Shown one piece after another: positions 37,701 to 48,291 of a DNA stretch of 64,000 nucleotides. The DNA comes from Escherichia coli (lineage in GTDB: Bacteria; Pseudomonadota; Gammaproteobacteria; Enterobacterales; Enterobacteriaceae). Made by a program: the position numbers and the translations under genes. Each line of letters begins with the position of its first letter. Positions within the stretch are counted from its first letter, which is position 1. The notes below the pieces were generated by a model. It ran no database searches. It was not told the DNA's origin and saw only the letters and a list, made by a program, of their open reading frames with translations. The stretch lies in assembly GCA_902500055.1 (NCBI GenBank), contig GCA_902500055.1_4131.1; one strand, given 5' to 3'.

Positions 37701-38203
37701 TTTGGTTGAAAAATAATGCTGTTGGTAGTATTCCTAAACCACCAACATCGGTTGAATTAAAAGATATGTTCAAAGATGTTGAACAAAAAATAGTCATTAG
37801 TGATAGTATCATTTGGCATAGTGCTGAGTACTTACCTTTATTTGGAAACAGTGCTGCTGAAGATTACAAAGCTGATTTTAAAGTAGTGAAATTACCAAAC
37901 AGCACAATGAGTGATGATGAAATTCGTCAAAATGTCATAGCATTAACTAATGAATACTTCAATGTTGATAACTGGGATTTCGGTGAAAGTTTCTATTATA
38001 CTGATTTGTGTACTTACATACACTCACAGTTAGGTAGACATATTAGTACTATTGTTATAGTTGCACAAAATCCAAATTCAAAATTTGGTTCTCTATTTGA
38101 AATCCCTTCACGTTCAGACCAAATATTCTTGAGTACTGCATCTGTTGAAAATGTTCAAATTGTTAACTCACTAGCTAAAAGTAATATTAATATCGGTTCT
38201 TAA
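34742..38203 (+). CDS. Baseplate wedge protein gp6-like (baseplate J family), enlarged to 1153 aa
   Basis: N-terminal region (DFDTIRQSMIDYL...FIFILDTISMLGQNLAFRMDLNTRENFLDTATRRASVLKLAKMISYSP) parallels the T4 gp6 N-terminus as recalled; follows gp25 as in T4. Confidence 0.55.
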   Translation: MSQQKRQSNLYSGEDWTQVYESFYKINLTAFDFDTIRQSMIDYLRATYPDSFNDWIENDQFIFILDTISMLGQNLAFRMDLNTRENFLDTATRRASVLKLAKMISYSPRRSYPGRAVAKLTEIKTNQDVRNSFNESLKDKIIRWNDPMDANWYENFILVMNSSFVSTNQFGNPVKRIDVNGVSRQLYRMNTIPMTAPSIPFVATVNGESMTFEVVNPDITSVGVEERHPEPQEQKYIVYQNDGNGFSSPNTGFFVYFVQGTLTYQDYQYAIREENRIQDINVDNINETDVWVQEINEDGIVRTKWTKVPSMESIAYNTVNRQLKTIFAVTTRDKDQITIKYPDSRSGVVPRGTFRVWYRVSNGKTYNIKTSEIQNKSVKYTYRTKTQSSYESSTLDIRFSLQYESDRAQSAETIEQIKARAPQMYYTQNRFVNGEDYNIAPLSLGNTVLKSKAINRIYSGQSRFIDINDPTGKYQNTDVFSDDGALYQENTQFNRSLLLPTTKTNASIVIDNIQPLIGENAVIQRYQAFPSNTIGIEIQQAWTPVYNSNYTTNTYGRILGSSGTVYGSYQVGTLIKFSNSGTTIWASVVSVLDNGFYVLSTSVPSGMQAIEYILPYRTRFNSVEVQAISAMLDKKTDFVIVHDKETTSWVPIEVSTNDDTIVYNGNEVLIIINVKYTAETWEFDANGIEYIFVGGEKVRFYFVSSKKITDISTGTVQSDKIEILSSNTTSSSNSGLTSNIDFQIYDTIQQENGYLDGSRVIVTSRKVDSNGIPLEPNQFKEIVPTWTGTDALKYGGILVFQENSDFTISVLSLPNDTFTLLDSSWSYTMEQALAEPNAYKRTEFVRNNAIRSTTLSGLYSKGSGFLVGFNYDGKYYFIEQTVGNNNDRLGQLISNLTYSDDTGTVSPELAFYRAINNMGTNADENQKLDYYGYKDVTSQYTVKTNARTSIDFHWKHYAPDDNRIDPSRTNLIDMYVLTNSYKTEVDVWLKNNAVGSIPKPPTSVELKDMFKDVEQKIVISDSIIWHSAEYLPLFGNSAAEDYKADFKVVKLPNSTMSDDEIRQNVIALTNEYFNVDNWDFGESFYYTDLCTYIHSQLGRHISTIVIVAQNPNSKFGSLFEIPSRSDQIFLSTASVENVQIVNSLAKSNINIGS

Positions 38204-38211
38204 TATAACGG

Positions 38212-38235
38212 GCGTTCTTCGGAACGCCTTTTTTA
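38212..38235 (+). terminator. Hairpin terminator/attenuator between gp6-like and the giant ORF
   Basis: GGCGTTC-TTCG-GAACGCC stem followed by TTTTTT. Confidence 0.6.
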
Positions 38236-38282
38236 TATCATAAATAAATCAAATGAATGAACGAATTATATGGAGTCCAAAA

Positions 38283-41200
38283 ATGACTAATAATTTTAAG
38301 TTTCAACCTACACAGATGGCTGAAGCAGTACAGAAGAAGCTTTTTATTAAAAGATTGCCTGAGTGGATGCAAGGCTTAGAAGATATTCAAAAAGTCAGTG
38401 ATGATGTTATTCAACAATGGTTTAATCCGGCTGAAAACGAATTAGTTGACGGCTATATTGGTGATATGGGTTCTCCTGCCGCTGCTGGTAATATCTTCTT
38501 ACATGAAAGTACTGTAGCACGTCAACTTTATCAGTTGTCCACTGCTTACGTCTCAAAAAATGATGATTCGACAATTCGTTCAATTCAATTTTATGATGAT
38601 CTAGTTGGATACATGAATCATTATGGAGCACTAACCGATAATGAAAGCCGTTTGTTCAACGGTAAGTTTTATGCATGGACTCCAGCTATTAACCCAAATA
38701 AAATGAACAATTTTAGCTCATATCTTTGGGATACTAAAAACTCTTATAATATTACTTCACCTGATTACATTGTAATGGAACGTGGAGCACTTAATGGTAA
38801 TACATGGTCACTACAAAACTTTTGGTATACTTTAGGTGAAACATTAGAAGATGGCTCAATATTAACTGAAGAATTAATGCAAGATTCACGTTTTATTCGT
38901 GCACGTGCACCAATTATTGAATATAATAAAAATATTGAGCTAATTAACTACGGTACAAAATTCCGTGGAACTGTTGATCTGTTCTCTGATATTATTAAAC
39001 CTGAAGATATCGTTCAAAAAGATATTAATAGTGGTATACGTATTGATGGTATTATTCCGCAAGATGGAATGCGTATTCTATTCACCAGTATTGGTAACAA
39101 TGGTGAAAACAATAGAATTTATAATGTATATGTGAAAAAAATGCAAGATGGTACTCGTGTTTATGGTTTAGCACTAGATCCAGAAGAAGAAACCGAATCA
39201 CGCCCAAGTGGTGAACCACAAGATGGTGATGTTGTTCTAATCACTAAAGGTAATGAGTATGGTAATAGTTCTATGTACTGGAATGGATCTTTGTGGGTTC
39301 GTGCACAATCAAAAACTAGTGTTAACGTATTCCCTAAATTCCAACTTTATGATCGTAATGGTATCAAACTTGACAACAGTACTACATATCCATCAAGTAA
39401 CTTTAAAGGTTCAGAGTTGTTTGGTTTTAAAATAAATTACAACTATGCAACTGATAGTGTATATGGATATAACATTGAACTTGGTGATTATAATTATTAC
39501 ATTTATGAAAACTTTTTACAATCCCAACGTTATACCTATGACCATCTTGGAAAAGAAGTTGAAATTGATGGTTTATACTATTATAACATTATTGATGAAA
39601 ATAATGAAATGAATCTTCAAACCGATTGGGTTCGTTCAGAAGAGTACTCTAAACAATTTGTAAAACAAACTCCACAAGTCAAACGTACTGATATGTATCG
39701 TGTATTCAGTACTGTTTATGATATGGAAGTTTTTAAAGAACCAGTTGATGGTATGTATGCATATGTTATTGAAGTTGATAGAACCTATCAGTACTATAAA
39801 GCAGACCGCGAAACTTATCTAGACTGGCATCCAATCACTGGTGATGGTGTTCAGATTGTAAAATATGACCATACATTCGAATTGGCACAAAAAGTTTTAG
39901 ATAATGATTCTGATATTATTGAAGTTGTGGTTGATGGTGTTGATGTGTCCAAATATACCAAAAATGTTTCAAAAGGTCAAGTACAAAGCATCACTCTAGA
40001 TAGTACTGTAGATTTGGATGAAGATTCTGTTATTCAAATCAGAACTTATAGCAGTACTGTAACTCCTAATAAAGAATTAGGTGCATATGAAGTTCCAATC
40101 AACCTACAAAATAACCCATATAATTCTAATATTATATACATTAACCAAGGTGACTACACTTTACATTTTCAGGATATTATTCAAAAGAACATTACACGTG
40201 GTTCTTCTGATGATTTCAATGACTATGAAGAACGTTTGGCTAAAGGATTGGTTAATAATGGCGTAGGTACTAAAATTATCCAAAATGAAGCATCTATGCT
40301 TCCATTGATGGCACATACTGCAAATGAAGATATTGATTTGTTTGAAGCAACTATGTTTATGCAATCTGAATATTTTAGATTCATTAATAAATTTAATACA
40401 CAAATGCTTCGTATGTATGATGAAAATCCATCAGACTTTTTACAAAATAGTGCTGCAAACATTGTTGATGCAATTTTAACTACTATTAATATGGGACGTG
40501 ATAGTTCATTCCCATTCTATTATGATAATGTTGGAAGTACTTCTGGATTCATTCGTGCATTTATACCACCAACACCACAGTTCTTAGGTATTCTTCAAGC
40601 ATATGTACCAGAAAAAGCGACATTCCTCACTGCTGGTAGTAAACCAAGCTGTTATAACATCAGTCATACTGGTATTATTTCCAAAGCATACCGTGTTATC
40701 AATGGTGTTGATAAAATGGATGATGTTGTATATGAATTAGAAAATAGAATTTTTAATAGTATTGATAATAAATTCAAAGATGTTGATTACGTACCAGTAT
40801 TGAATAGTGATGACCTTTTCCCTACACCATATTTCACTAAAACTGAATATAGTGCTGAAGAGAAACAAACATTATTACTACGTGGATACATTAACTTCAC
40901 CGCAACTAATGGTATCAGTAATAGTACACATGATTATGATCCTAACAATTGGAGAACTTGGAACTATACTGGCACTTATTATGTAGTTAATGGTCAAAGT
41001 ACTGAAATTCCTGCTCGTGGTTCATGGCGTGCAATTTATACTGACCAATATGGTACATATCGCCCTGCAACACATCCGTGGGAAATGTTTGGCTTTTCAC
41101 AGCGTCCAACTTGGTGGAACCAAGAATATGAACCAACTGCTGTTCAAGTTGGTGAGCGTGATAGTGATGTGGTATATGTATATGAAGCACTTGTTATGAA

Positions 41201-44200
41201 TGAACAAGGAGATTTAGTTCCTAGTGGTCTATGGGATATCGACGGCACTATCGGAGATAGTAGTACTGGTACTATTTTGTCTGGTGATCGCCGTGGACAG
41301 TATGACAAATATAAAAGATTTGGTGTACAGCCATTTAAAATCACAAAAACTGGTAATAAAACATCTTCCGGTATTGATATTTGTGTTGTTGAATATATTG
41401 CACCTGAAATTTTAGGTTTAGTGTCTGGTTCTTTAAATCATAGAGCAGAACCTTGGGCATATGGTGACATGGGTGACATGGAATTTACATACATGAACAC
41501 TACATTGTTTGCATATGACCAAATGCTACTTTTGTATAAAGCTAAACCTGCACAATTTGCTAACTATTTTTGGGATACCCGAAATGACAATTTAAAAGAA
41601 GTATTCACTGATGGTTCACAATTCCTTTATGGTGATACACGTAAGCGTATTAATTTTGATAAAAACACTGTAGTTCATGGTGAAAATAACACAAGAACAA
41701 TTGGTTATCAAATGTTTGTTAGTGATTATTTGATGTATCAAAATAAAAACATTACAACCAAATATGGGGATGTAGTTCGTTCTTCTTATATAAATGTTGG
41801 TCATAAAATTGGTGGTTTTACTAAAGCAGATCAGCTAACATTCAATGCTAAATCATTTGGTCTTATTTCACAAGAAAACCAAACTATTGGTCTTGTTCGC
41901 TCGAATAATATTCGTGATGAACAAATGAGTGCTATCAAAATTACTTGGAATGGTAGTGCATATCAGATTGATGGATATGATTTAGTTGGTGCTAAATTCA
42001 AATATAAACTGCCAGTGAAAAATGGTAGAAAAGTAACTCTTAAATTAGAAAACCGCAATGTTGTTCATTATAACGAATGGAAATCTGAAGCTTCCATTGA
42101 ATATGGTAAAGTTTTTAATAGTTACCAAGAAGTTTATACTTTTATTTGTGGTTATGGTGAATATCTTAAAGAACATGGCTGGATTTTTGAAGATGTAAAT
42201 GATAGTGGTGCTCAACAAGATTGGAACACTATTGCTAAAGATTTTGTGATCTGGAGTCAGAATTCTCTGGTAACGGGTGAATTTATTTCTTGTACACCAA
42301 GTGCAGCAAATGCTAAATTTGGTGCAGACTTTGGTTCAGTTCAATCTATTACACAAAATAACGGTGGTGTGTGGTCATTACTTGATGATAACAACCAAGG
42401 TATACGTCAATATGAAATTGAAACTTCTCGTATTGGTAATATCTTTACTGTTAGAACTTTAGAATCCAATAAACGTATAGCATTAATTCGTTTAAGTTTG
42501 TGTTCATATGAACATGCTGTTATTTTTGATGATAAGACTATTTTTGGTGATTATATCTATCAGCCAACTTATGGTTCTATTCAAGAATTAATTAAAATGT
42601 ATGGCTACATTACTGGTTCATGGACTGGTCGTCTACAAGCTCCTGGATTTATTATCTTGGAAGCTGGAACACTACCATCATTTGAAAAATTAGTGTCGGA
42701 TTTCCAACATTATTATGATAGTGAAACTCCAGTAAGTGATGTACAATTACAAGAGTTGTCAAACCATTTGATTGGTTATCAATCTCGTGATTATCTACAG
42801 CGTATGATTAGTAGTGATGTTAGTCGTGTTGATTTCTATAAAGGATTCATTCATGATAAAGGTACTAACCAAGTTTTAGAACGTGTACTTCGTGTTTCTA
42901 AATCATATGACACAGATGAATATAAAGCATTACAAGAATGGGCATTTAAAATTGGTACATATGGTAATATTGATGGTAAGAAAAACCTTCAATTTAAACT
43001 AATCAATGACCAATTTAAACAACAACCACAAATGGTATCTTTTGATGTAAACGCTACTTCAAATGGAAATGGAAACAATATTGTATACTTCGGCGAACAA
43101 GGTAAAGATCCTCGTTGGATTACACGTCCAAATGGTAAGTTCTCATTCCCGATGCGTAGTGGAAGAAGTGAAAACATTCAACTTCCAGATATTGGTCCAG
43201 TAACATTGGATGAAGTATCTTACACTACAAAAGATTTCAGTACTGCATATAATGACCGTATAACTTACACTAATGGTAAAGGTGAAAACCCTGAATCTGT
43301 TTGGATGTTTAAAGACGGAAATGGTTTATGGAATATTTTTGAATTAGTTGATACTAATGTGCAAATGGTTTCTATAACACCTATTGAAAATACCGATGTG
43401 TATGCTGAACAATTTTGTAAAGTAACTTTAACTGATAATGTGCCACTTGAAGATGGTGATTATTATTATTTTGTTGATGAAACTAACTTTATGCCAGATA
43501 CTTTAACAGTAGAAAGTCAATATTATACTGCTGGTTCTGATCCTAAAGTTATGGTAGTTCCATTTGACACTTCTATTGATATTGAATTTACTGATCCAGA
43601 TACACGTCCACGTTTGTATCGTTATGTATCACGTTTTGCCAGTGCAGAAGAGCGTCAAGCATATATTGACAAAAAGTATAGTTACAAAGCACCACAAAGT
43701 ACTTTTTTTGACCGTCCAACTACATATGATGAACGTACTAACATTACTGCATTATATCTAAATGTGTATGACCCTATCAATGGGGTTATTCCTGGTGCAG
43801 CAATGCAAAACGTAACTTATACGTCACCAATAGACCCAGCACAATATAATAGCAATGGTGAATTAATTCAGGCTTGGGGTGCTGATAAAGTTGGTCAAGT
43901 ATGGTGGAACACTAGCACTGCATTTTATTTGGATTATACTCGTGCAATTTATGACGCAGACGGTAATGTTGACATTGATGCAACCAATGAATACAAACGT
44001 TACAACTGGGGTCGTTTATTACCACATAGTACAATTGATGTGTTAGAGTGGGTTTGTTCACCAGTTGAGCCATATAACTGGGACAAATACTGTAAAGATG
44101 TTGCTAAGAAAAACAAAAATAATACTATGTATCTACCAAGTGGAACTGCACTTGAAGATAATTATAGTACATTTTTGGAATATGATAGTTCAACTGATAG

Positions 44201-47200
44201 TTATGTGACAAAATACTATTTCTGGGTACGTGATACAATTTATGTACCACCACTACATACCAGAACAAAATCATGTACTGACATTGCTCGTATTATTAAA
44301 GATCCAACACAGCTAAACATTCCTTGGTTCGCTCCAATCAATGAAAACTCGTTTATTCTTAGTAATATGCAATTTAAAGTGAATGATGATACCAGTATTT
44401 TAACTGTTTCTTATTACATGGATAGTACTGAAGTTGTTAAACATGACCAGTATCAACTATGTAAAGAAGGTGACAGCTATAACTTTAACCCACTAATTTG
44501 GGATTCAATGTGGAACTCACTAATTGGTCAAGAAACAACTGAATCAGGTTCTGTGATTAATTTATTATATCCAGATGTTGATAACGGTTTAGGTTCAAAC
44601 AAAACTTGGTTCCAAAATGTTATAGAAGCTCGTAGAAACTTTGTAGAAAGTGCTAATAATTATTATAGGTCACAAAACATAACCACTAATAGTGTTGTTA
44701 TGAAAGATGTGTTTAATGTTAAAACCACTGAAGTTAACCCTAATGAAGTTTCTTTCCGTGTCTTGTCTTACAATAATGAATTAGTTATTGCAGTTGAAAG
44801 TGATAAATTTAAAGAAAATGACGCTGTTATTTTAAGTACTAGTGGATATCTACCAAATCCATTAACTTCTAGTGCTGTTTATTTTATTCACTTCGACGAA
44901 AATGGATATATTCAGTTAATGAATAGTCCAGCAAACGCGGGTAGTGTTGTTACTATAACGTTAGAGAACAAAGGTGAGGGACAACATAAAATGATTAAGC
45001 AATCTGATTATGTTGAATCACTAGGAACTTCATTAGACATGACTCAGTACTGGTCATATGCTGATTGGTATGATGTTGGGTATGATAGTAACACGACTTA
45101 TACACAAGAGTCAAGCTTAGAAGATGCTAATACTAAAAACTACCAAGTTGGCGATATTATCAGAGTTACCGATAGTGAAAACATTTGGACATTGTATATT
45201 AAATCACAATCACGCGATTCAATTTATTGGAAAGCGATTGGTCGTGAAAACAGTACAGTTGAACTCAATGATATGCTTTACGCAGATTATAGTGTTCATA
45301 ATGATAATGGTTCACTAAGCAATCGTGAAATCAACGTTCGTAAAGCACTAGCTTTACTCAAAAATTCTTTCGATTTACATCAAAGCGAAATTGTTTTTGA
45401 TATGGTCAAATATGTACATGTTGAACAAAGTGTTGTGGATTGGGTATTTAAAACATCATATATCTATATTGTTGGTTTGGAACAATCATTAGTTCAAAAC
45501 TATTCAAACGATAATTTGATTAATCAAATTGTTGAATATTTTGAAGAAGTTAAACCTTATAGAACTAAAATTCGTTCACAAATAGAGCAAAAGACATCTG
45601 ATGATGATTTAATAAAAGGTCTATGTAATGATTTAGATCCTAATGGATATATTTTCGTTGATGGTTCTTGGATCAAAACTGAAAAAGATATTTGGGATTA
45701 TGAGTACGCTCAATTTAATGAAATTACCCAAAAATGGGAACAGGTAGGTTCACTACCAAGTGATTTCGTTACACCAAATAGAAGATTCCAAGAAATTGAT
45801 ATTATTATGCATTATGATAATATTCAGTGTAAACCAAATGAAGATTTGGCAAGCATAAATGAATTAGTAAGTGTTAATAACAAATATCAATCCAATGAAA
45901 AGGATGCTGTTAGTAACTATGAATTACAACGTTATATATATTCTTTCCCAGAATATAGTGAAGAAACTTTCGATCTTCTTATTGCTTATCAAATGCAAAT
46001 CTACTATCCAGAATTGGATGTAACACTAGGAACAGCATATGGCGTTAACCAGTGGTATAAAGACCATGCGGAAGATTTAGAAGCAACTGATGAATTCACT
46101 GCTACATTGGAACGTGTTTATAAAGAATCAACGCATAACGATATGTTTACTGACCTTAGACAATATGTTCAGTATAACACATTGGCAAACCGTTTGAAAC
46201 TTTATAAAGATATAAGTGATGAGAAAATTCACGATGAAGTTGGATGTGGATTTAGTGGACTTACTTATAATGACAATCCTAGTACTAGACTTCCATTAGG
46301 CTTTTCTTCTAGTAATGATTATAACTATGGATATTTTGAAATAAGCAGTGAATTGTATCAAAAATACATTTCATTAATTAAAGATAAAAATCCTGACGCA
46401 TCAGACTATGAAGTAAAAGTTAAACTTGAAGTTGAGTATGGTGTATATGTTTATCGTTATGATGAAGTAGGTGGTGATACCCGTTTCTATACTGATGCTA
46501 TTCACGTATTAGCAGGTATGAGAGGGTTATTCGACAAAGACGCTACTGATAAGTACGAAAAAGCTGAAGAGATTCTTAGTAAGACCCCAATTGATATCTA
46601 TGCAATTACAATGATTCCACGAAAATATGTTTACTTAAATGTTAACGGTGTATATCAAAGTATACCTGATGAACAAAGTATTGATGATTTCATGGAAGAT
46701 TATTTTATCACAAATGGTGAAATGGTTGAACTAGCTGAAATAAATCTTGATGATTTACCACTAGATCAAAATAATCCAATGTATTCTGATTATCAATATA
46801 TACTTGATAGTATTACTGAAGCTAAGTACTTCAATGATATGAATGCATTTGATAACCTAGCATTAGAATCTCAAACTTCTTCAATAAAATGGGAAGTTAA
46901 AGATGATGAGGTTGATCCTTATATTGTGGATATATCTGACATAAACCCTTCTGGGCGTGATGTTGGTCAAATTAGATTTACAGTTGATGGATATGGGTTT
47001 GACAATGTATCTCTTGTACAATTACGTGATAACAGCAGATATCAAACTGAAGGTATGGCAATTATCAATCCATATAAACATACAGAAGCAATTGTTAGTA
47101 TTCCTTCATATGCTAAGATTGAAAATGATATTAATAAAACAACATCGAAGTTTGATGAAAAATATTTCTATCGTGTGAGATCTATTAATAGCTTAACTGA

Positions 47201-48254
47201 AGCAGAAATAGTTGACAATGACCTATCTGATGGTGATAAGGTGATGATTTTCACTCCTGATGGTGAAGATTTTGTGAGATATCAAAATCACACATGGGAA
47301 ACAATCTTGCGTGTATCTAACATCAAAAACAATACAACTCCGATCCTATTCACTGTAAGAAATACAGGTAAGGAAACGATTGAATTGATTGATGAGAGTA
47401 CTGGTGCAGTTCTCCGTTATGATAACATCACTCTTGCACAACAAAATGAGCCAGTACAGCCTCTAGCATTGAACATTGTTCGTGTTAGAACATTTGCTGA
47501 CCCTGAATTTGTCAAGAATGGTATTAAATTGTATGAACAAAATAGAAATTACACCATTGATGTAATTAATTATGATGTTTTCTACGATACTACTTTAAAT
47601 GGTGGTAAGTACAATGACGGAATAACACCAGATGACGTTGACGTTTGGATAATCTCTAATGAAATATTTGATGTTGATGGAATTACTATCGATAACGGTT
47701 ATAACTTACCAATTACGGGTGCGGGAGTTCTTAGTGAATTGGCAAGAACTAAAATGACTGATAGTTTAGAAATCAACGTTATCGAATATGATTCAAGTGT
47801 TATTCAACCGTTTAGAAATAATGAAGGGATATGGGTTTATGGATTCCCAATGGTTGACGGTATGTATATCGGTGTTGTTGGTGGTACTGTTACTAACATC
47901 ACAACCATTAGTGAAGAAAATACAACCTATGTTTCTCAACCTAAATCAATAAGTCCTTATAGTATTAGAAATAATGTTTTATCCGGTTCAGCCGCAAACA
48001 TGAATGATATTATATCGATTGGATATGAAAAAGTTGAAGTTAGAAATGCAAATAATTTACTCCGTGGTGTAATGTATAGTGCAGAACATGATTTTAAACT
48101 TAATACTACATATTCTTTCAATGGAATTAATTTAGGTAATTATGATATGTTAAAACGTTACACACAAAATAGTTACACTATAGATCTTTCAGTATACACT
48201 GATAGTCTACAAGTTAGTGGTAATGATATTAAAAATATATTATTAGTTAAGTAA
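38283..48254 (+). CDS. Giant virion protein (about 3,323 aa), probable baseplate/fibre-network protein
   Basis: Uninterrupted 10-kb ORF; start set at the Met with a GGAG RBS (38283). No catalytic motif recognised; Asn/Tyr/Asp/Thr-rich. Synteny (after gp25 and gp6) suggests a gp7-like component. Confidence 0.75.
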   Translation: MTNNFKFQPTQMAEAVQKKLFIKRLPEWMQGLEDIQKVSDDVIQQWFNPAENELVDGYIGDMGSPAAAGNIFLHESTVARQLYQLSTAYVSKNDDSTIRSIQFYDDLVGYMNHYGALTDNESRLFNGKFYAWTPAINPNKMNNFSSYLWDTKNSYNITSPDYIVMERGALNGNTWSLQNFWYTLGETLEDGSILTEELMQDSRFIRARAPIIEYNKNIELINYGTKFRGTVDLFSDIIKPEDIVQKDINSGIRIDGIIPQDGMRILFTSIGNNGENNRIYNVYVKKMQDGTRVYGLALDPEEETESRPSGEPQDGDVVLITKGNEYGNSSMYWNGSLWVRAQSKTSVNVFPKFQLYDRNGIKLDNSTTYPSSNFKGSELFGFKINYNYATDSVYGYNIELGDYNYYIYENFLQSQRYTYDHLGKEVEIDGLYYYNIIDENNEMNLQTDWVRSEEYSKQFVKQTPQVKRTDMYRVFSTVYDMEVFKEPVDGMYAYVIEVDRTYQYYKADRETYLDWHPITGDGVQIVKYDHTFELAQKVLDNDSDIIEVVVDGVDVSKYTKNVSKGQVQSITLDSTVDLDEDSVIQIRTYSSTVTPNKELGAYEVPINLQNNPYNSNIIYINQGDYTLHFQDIIQKNITRGSSDDFNDYEERLAKGLVNNGVGTKIIQNEASMLPLMAHTANEDIDLFEATMFMQSEYFRFINKFNTQMLRMYDENPSDFLQNSAANIVDAILTTINMGRDSSFPFYYDNVGSTSGFIRAFIPPTPQFLGILQAYVPEKATFLTAGSKPSCYNISHTGIISKAYRVINGVDKMDDVVYELENRIFNSIDNKFKDVDYVPVLNSDDLFPTPYFTKTEYSAEEKQTLLLRGYINFTATNGISNSTHDYDPNNWRTWNYTGTYYVVNGQSTEIPARGSWRAIYTDQYGTYRPATHPWEMFGFSQRPTWWNQEYEPTAVQVGERDSDVVYVYEALVMNEQGDLVPSGLWDIDGTIGDSSTGTILSGDRRGQYDKYKRFGVQPFKITKTGNKTSSGIDICVVEYIAPEILGLVSGSLNHRAEPWAYGDMGDMEFTYMNTTLFAYDQMLLLYKAKPAQFANYFWDTRNDNLKEVFTDGSQFLYGDTRKRINFDKNTVVHGENNTRTIGYQMFVSDYLMYQNKNITTKYGDVVRSSYINVGHKIGGFTKADQLTFNAKSFGLISQENQTIGLVRSNNIRDEQMSAIKITWNGSAYQIDGYDLVGAKFKYKLPVKNGRKVTLKLENRNVVHYNEWKSEASIEYGKVFNSYQEVYTFICGYGEYLKEHGWIFEDVNDSGAQQDWNTIAKDFVIWSQNSLVTGEFISCTPSAANAKFGADFGSVQSITQNNGGVWSLLDDNNQGIRQYEIETSRIGNIFTVRTLESNKRIALIRLSLCSYEHAVIFDDKTIFGDYIYQPTYGSIQELIKMYGYITGSWTGRLQAPGFIILEAGTLPSFEKLVSDFQHYYDSETPVSDVQLQELSNHLIGYQSRDYLQRMISSDVSRVDFYKGFIHDKGTNQVLERVLRVSKSYDTDEYKALQEWAFKIGTYGNIDGKKNLQFKLINDQFKQQPQMVSFDVNATSNGNGNNIVYFGEQGKDPRWITRPNGKFSFPMRSGRSENIQLPDIGPVTLDEVSYTTKDFSTAYNDRITYTNGKGENPESVWMFKDGNGLWNIFELVDTNVQMVSITPIENTDVYAEQFCKVTLTDNVPLEDGDYYYFVDETNFMPDTLTVESQYYTAGSDPKVMVVPFDTSIDIEFTDPDTRPRLYRYVSRFASAEERQAYIDKKYSYKAPQSTFFDRPTTYDERTNITALYLNVYDPINGVIPGAAMQNVTYTSPIDPAQYNSNGELIQAWGADKVGQVWWNTSTAFYLDYTRAIYDADGNVDIDATNEYKRYNWGRLLPHSTIDVLEWVCSPVEPYNWDKYCKDVAKKNKNNTMYLPSGTALEDNYSTFLEYDSSTDSYVTKYYFWVRDTIYVPPLHTRTKSCTDIARIIKDPTQLNIPWFAPINENSFILSNMQFKVNDDTSILTVSYYMDSTEVVKHDQYQLCKEGDSYNFNPLIWDSMWNSLIGQETTESGSVINLLYPDVDNGLGSNKTWFQNVIEARRNFVESANNYYRSQNITTNSVVMKDVFNVKTTEVNPNEVSFRVLSYNNELVIAVESDKFKENDAVILSTSGYLPNPLTSSAVYFIHFDENGYIQLMNSPANAGSVVTITLENKGEGQHKMIKQSDYVESLGTSLDMTQYWSYADWYDVGYDSNTTYTQESSLEDANTKNYQVGDIIRVTDSENIWTLYIKSQSRDSIYWKAIGRENSTVELNDMLYADYSVHNDNGSLSNREINVRKALALLKNSFDLHQSEIVFDMVKYVHVEQSVVDWVFKTSYIYIVGLEQSLVQNYSNDNLINQIVEYFEEVKPYRTKIRSQIEQKTSDDDLIKGLCNDLDPNGYIFVDGSWIKTEKDIWDYEYAQFNEITQKWEQVGSLPSDFVTPNRRFQEIDIIMHYDNIQCKPNEDLASINELVSVNNKYQSNEKDAVSNYELQRYIYSFPEYSEETFDLLIAYQMQIYYPELDVTLGTAYGVNQWYKDHAEDLEATDEFTATLERVYKESTHNDMFTDLRQYVQYNTLANRLKLYKDISDEKIHDEVGCGFSGLTYNDNPSTRLPLGFSSSNDYNYGYFEISSELYQKYISLIKDKNPDASDYEVKVKLEVEYGVYVYRYDEVGGDTRFYTDAIHVLAGMRGLFDKDATDKYEKAEEILSKTPIDIYAITMIPRKYVYLNVNGVYQSIPDEQSIDDFMEDYFITNGEMVELAEINLDDLPLDQNNPMYSDYQYILDSITEAKYFNDMNAFDNLALESQTSSIKWEVKDDEVDPYIVDISDINPSGRDVGQIRFTVDGYGFDNVSLVQLRDNSRYQTEGMAIINPYKHTEAIVSIPSYAKIENDINKTTSKFDEKYFYRVRSINSLTEAEIVDNDLSDGDKVMIFTPDGEDFVRYQNHTWETILRVSNIKNNTTPILFTVRNTGKETIELIDESTGAVLRYDNITLAQQNEPVQPLALNIVRVRTFADPEFVKNGIKLYEQNRNYTIDVINYDVFYDTTLNGGKYNDGITPDDVDVWIISNEIFDVDGITIDNGYNLPITGAGVLSELARTKMTDSLEINVIEYDSSVIQPFRNNEGIWVYGFPMVDGMYIGVVGGTVTNITTISEENTTYVSQPKSISPYSIRNNVLSGSAANMNDIISIGYEKVEVRNANNLLRGVMYSAEHDFKLNTTYSFNGINLGNYDMLKRYTQNSYTIDLSVYTDSLQVSGNDIKNILLVK

Positions 48255-48291
48255 TAAAAAAAGGAGAGCATTATGCTCTCCTTTTCTTTTT
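48255..48291. terminator. Bidirectional rho-independent terminator shared by the giant ORF (+) and ClpA (-)
   Basis: A-run, GGAGAGCA-tta-TGCTCTCC hairpin, T-run; same stem sequence as the terminator at 1286-1309. Confidence 0.7.

Noticed and set aside
38283-48254. Giant ORF as a virion RNA polymerase or tape-measure protein
   Set aside because: No multisubunit-RNAP catalytic motif was found, composition is not the helical Ala/Gln-rich type of tape measures, and synteny places it after gp6 in the baseplate block.
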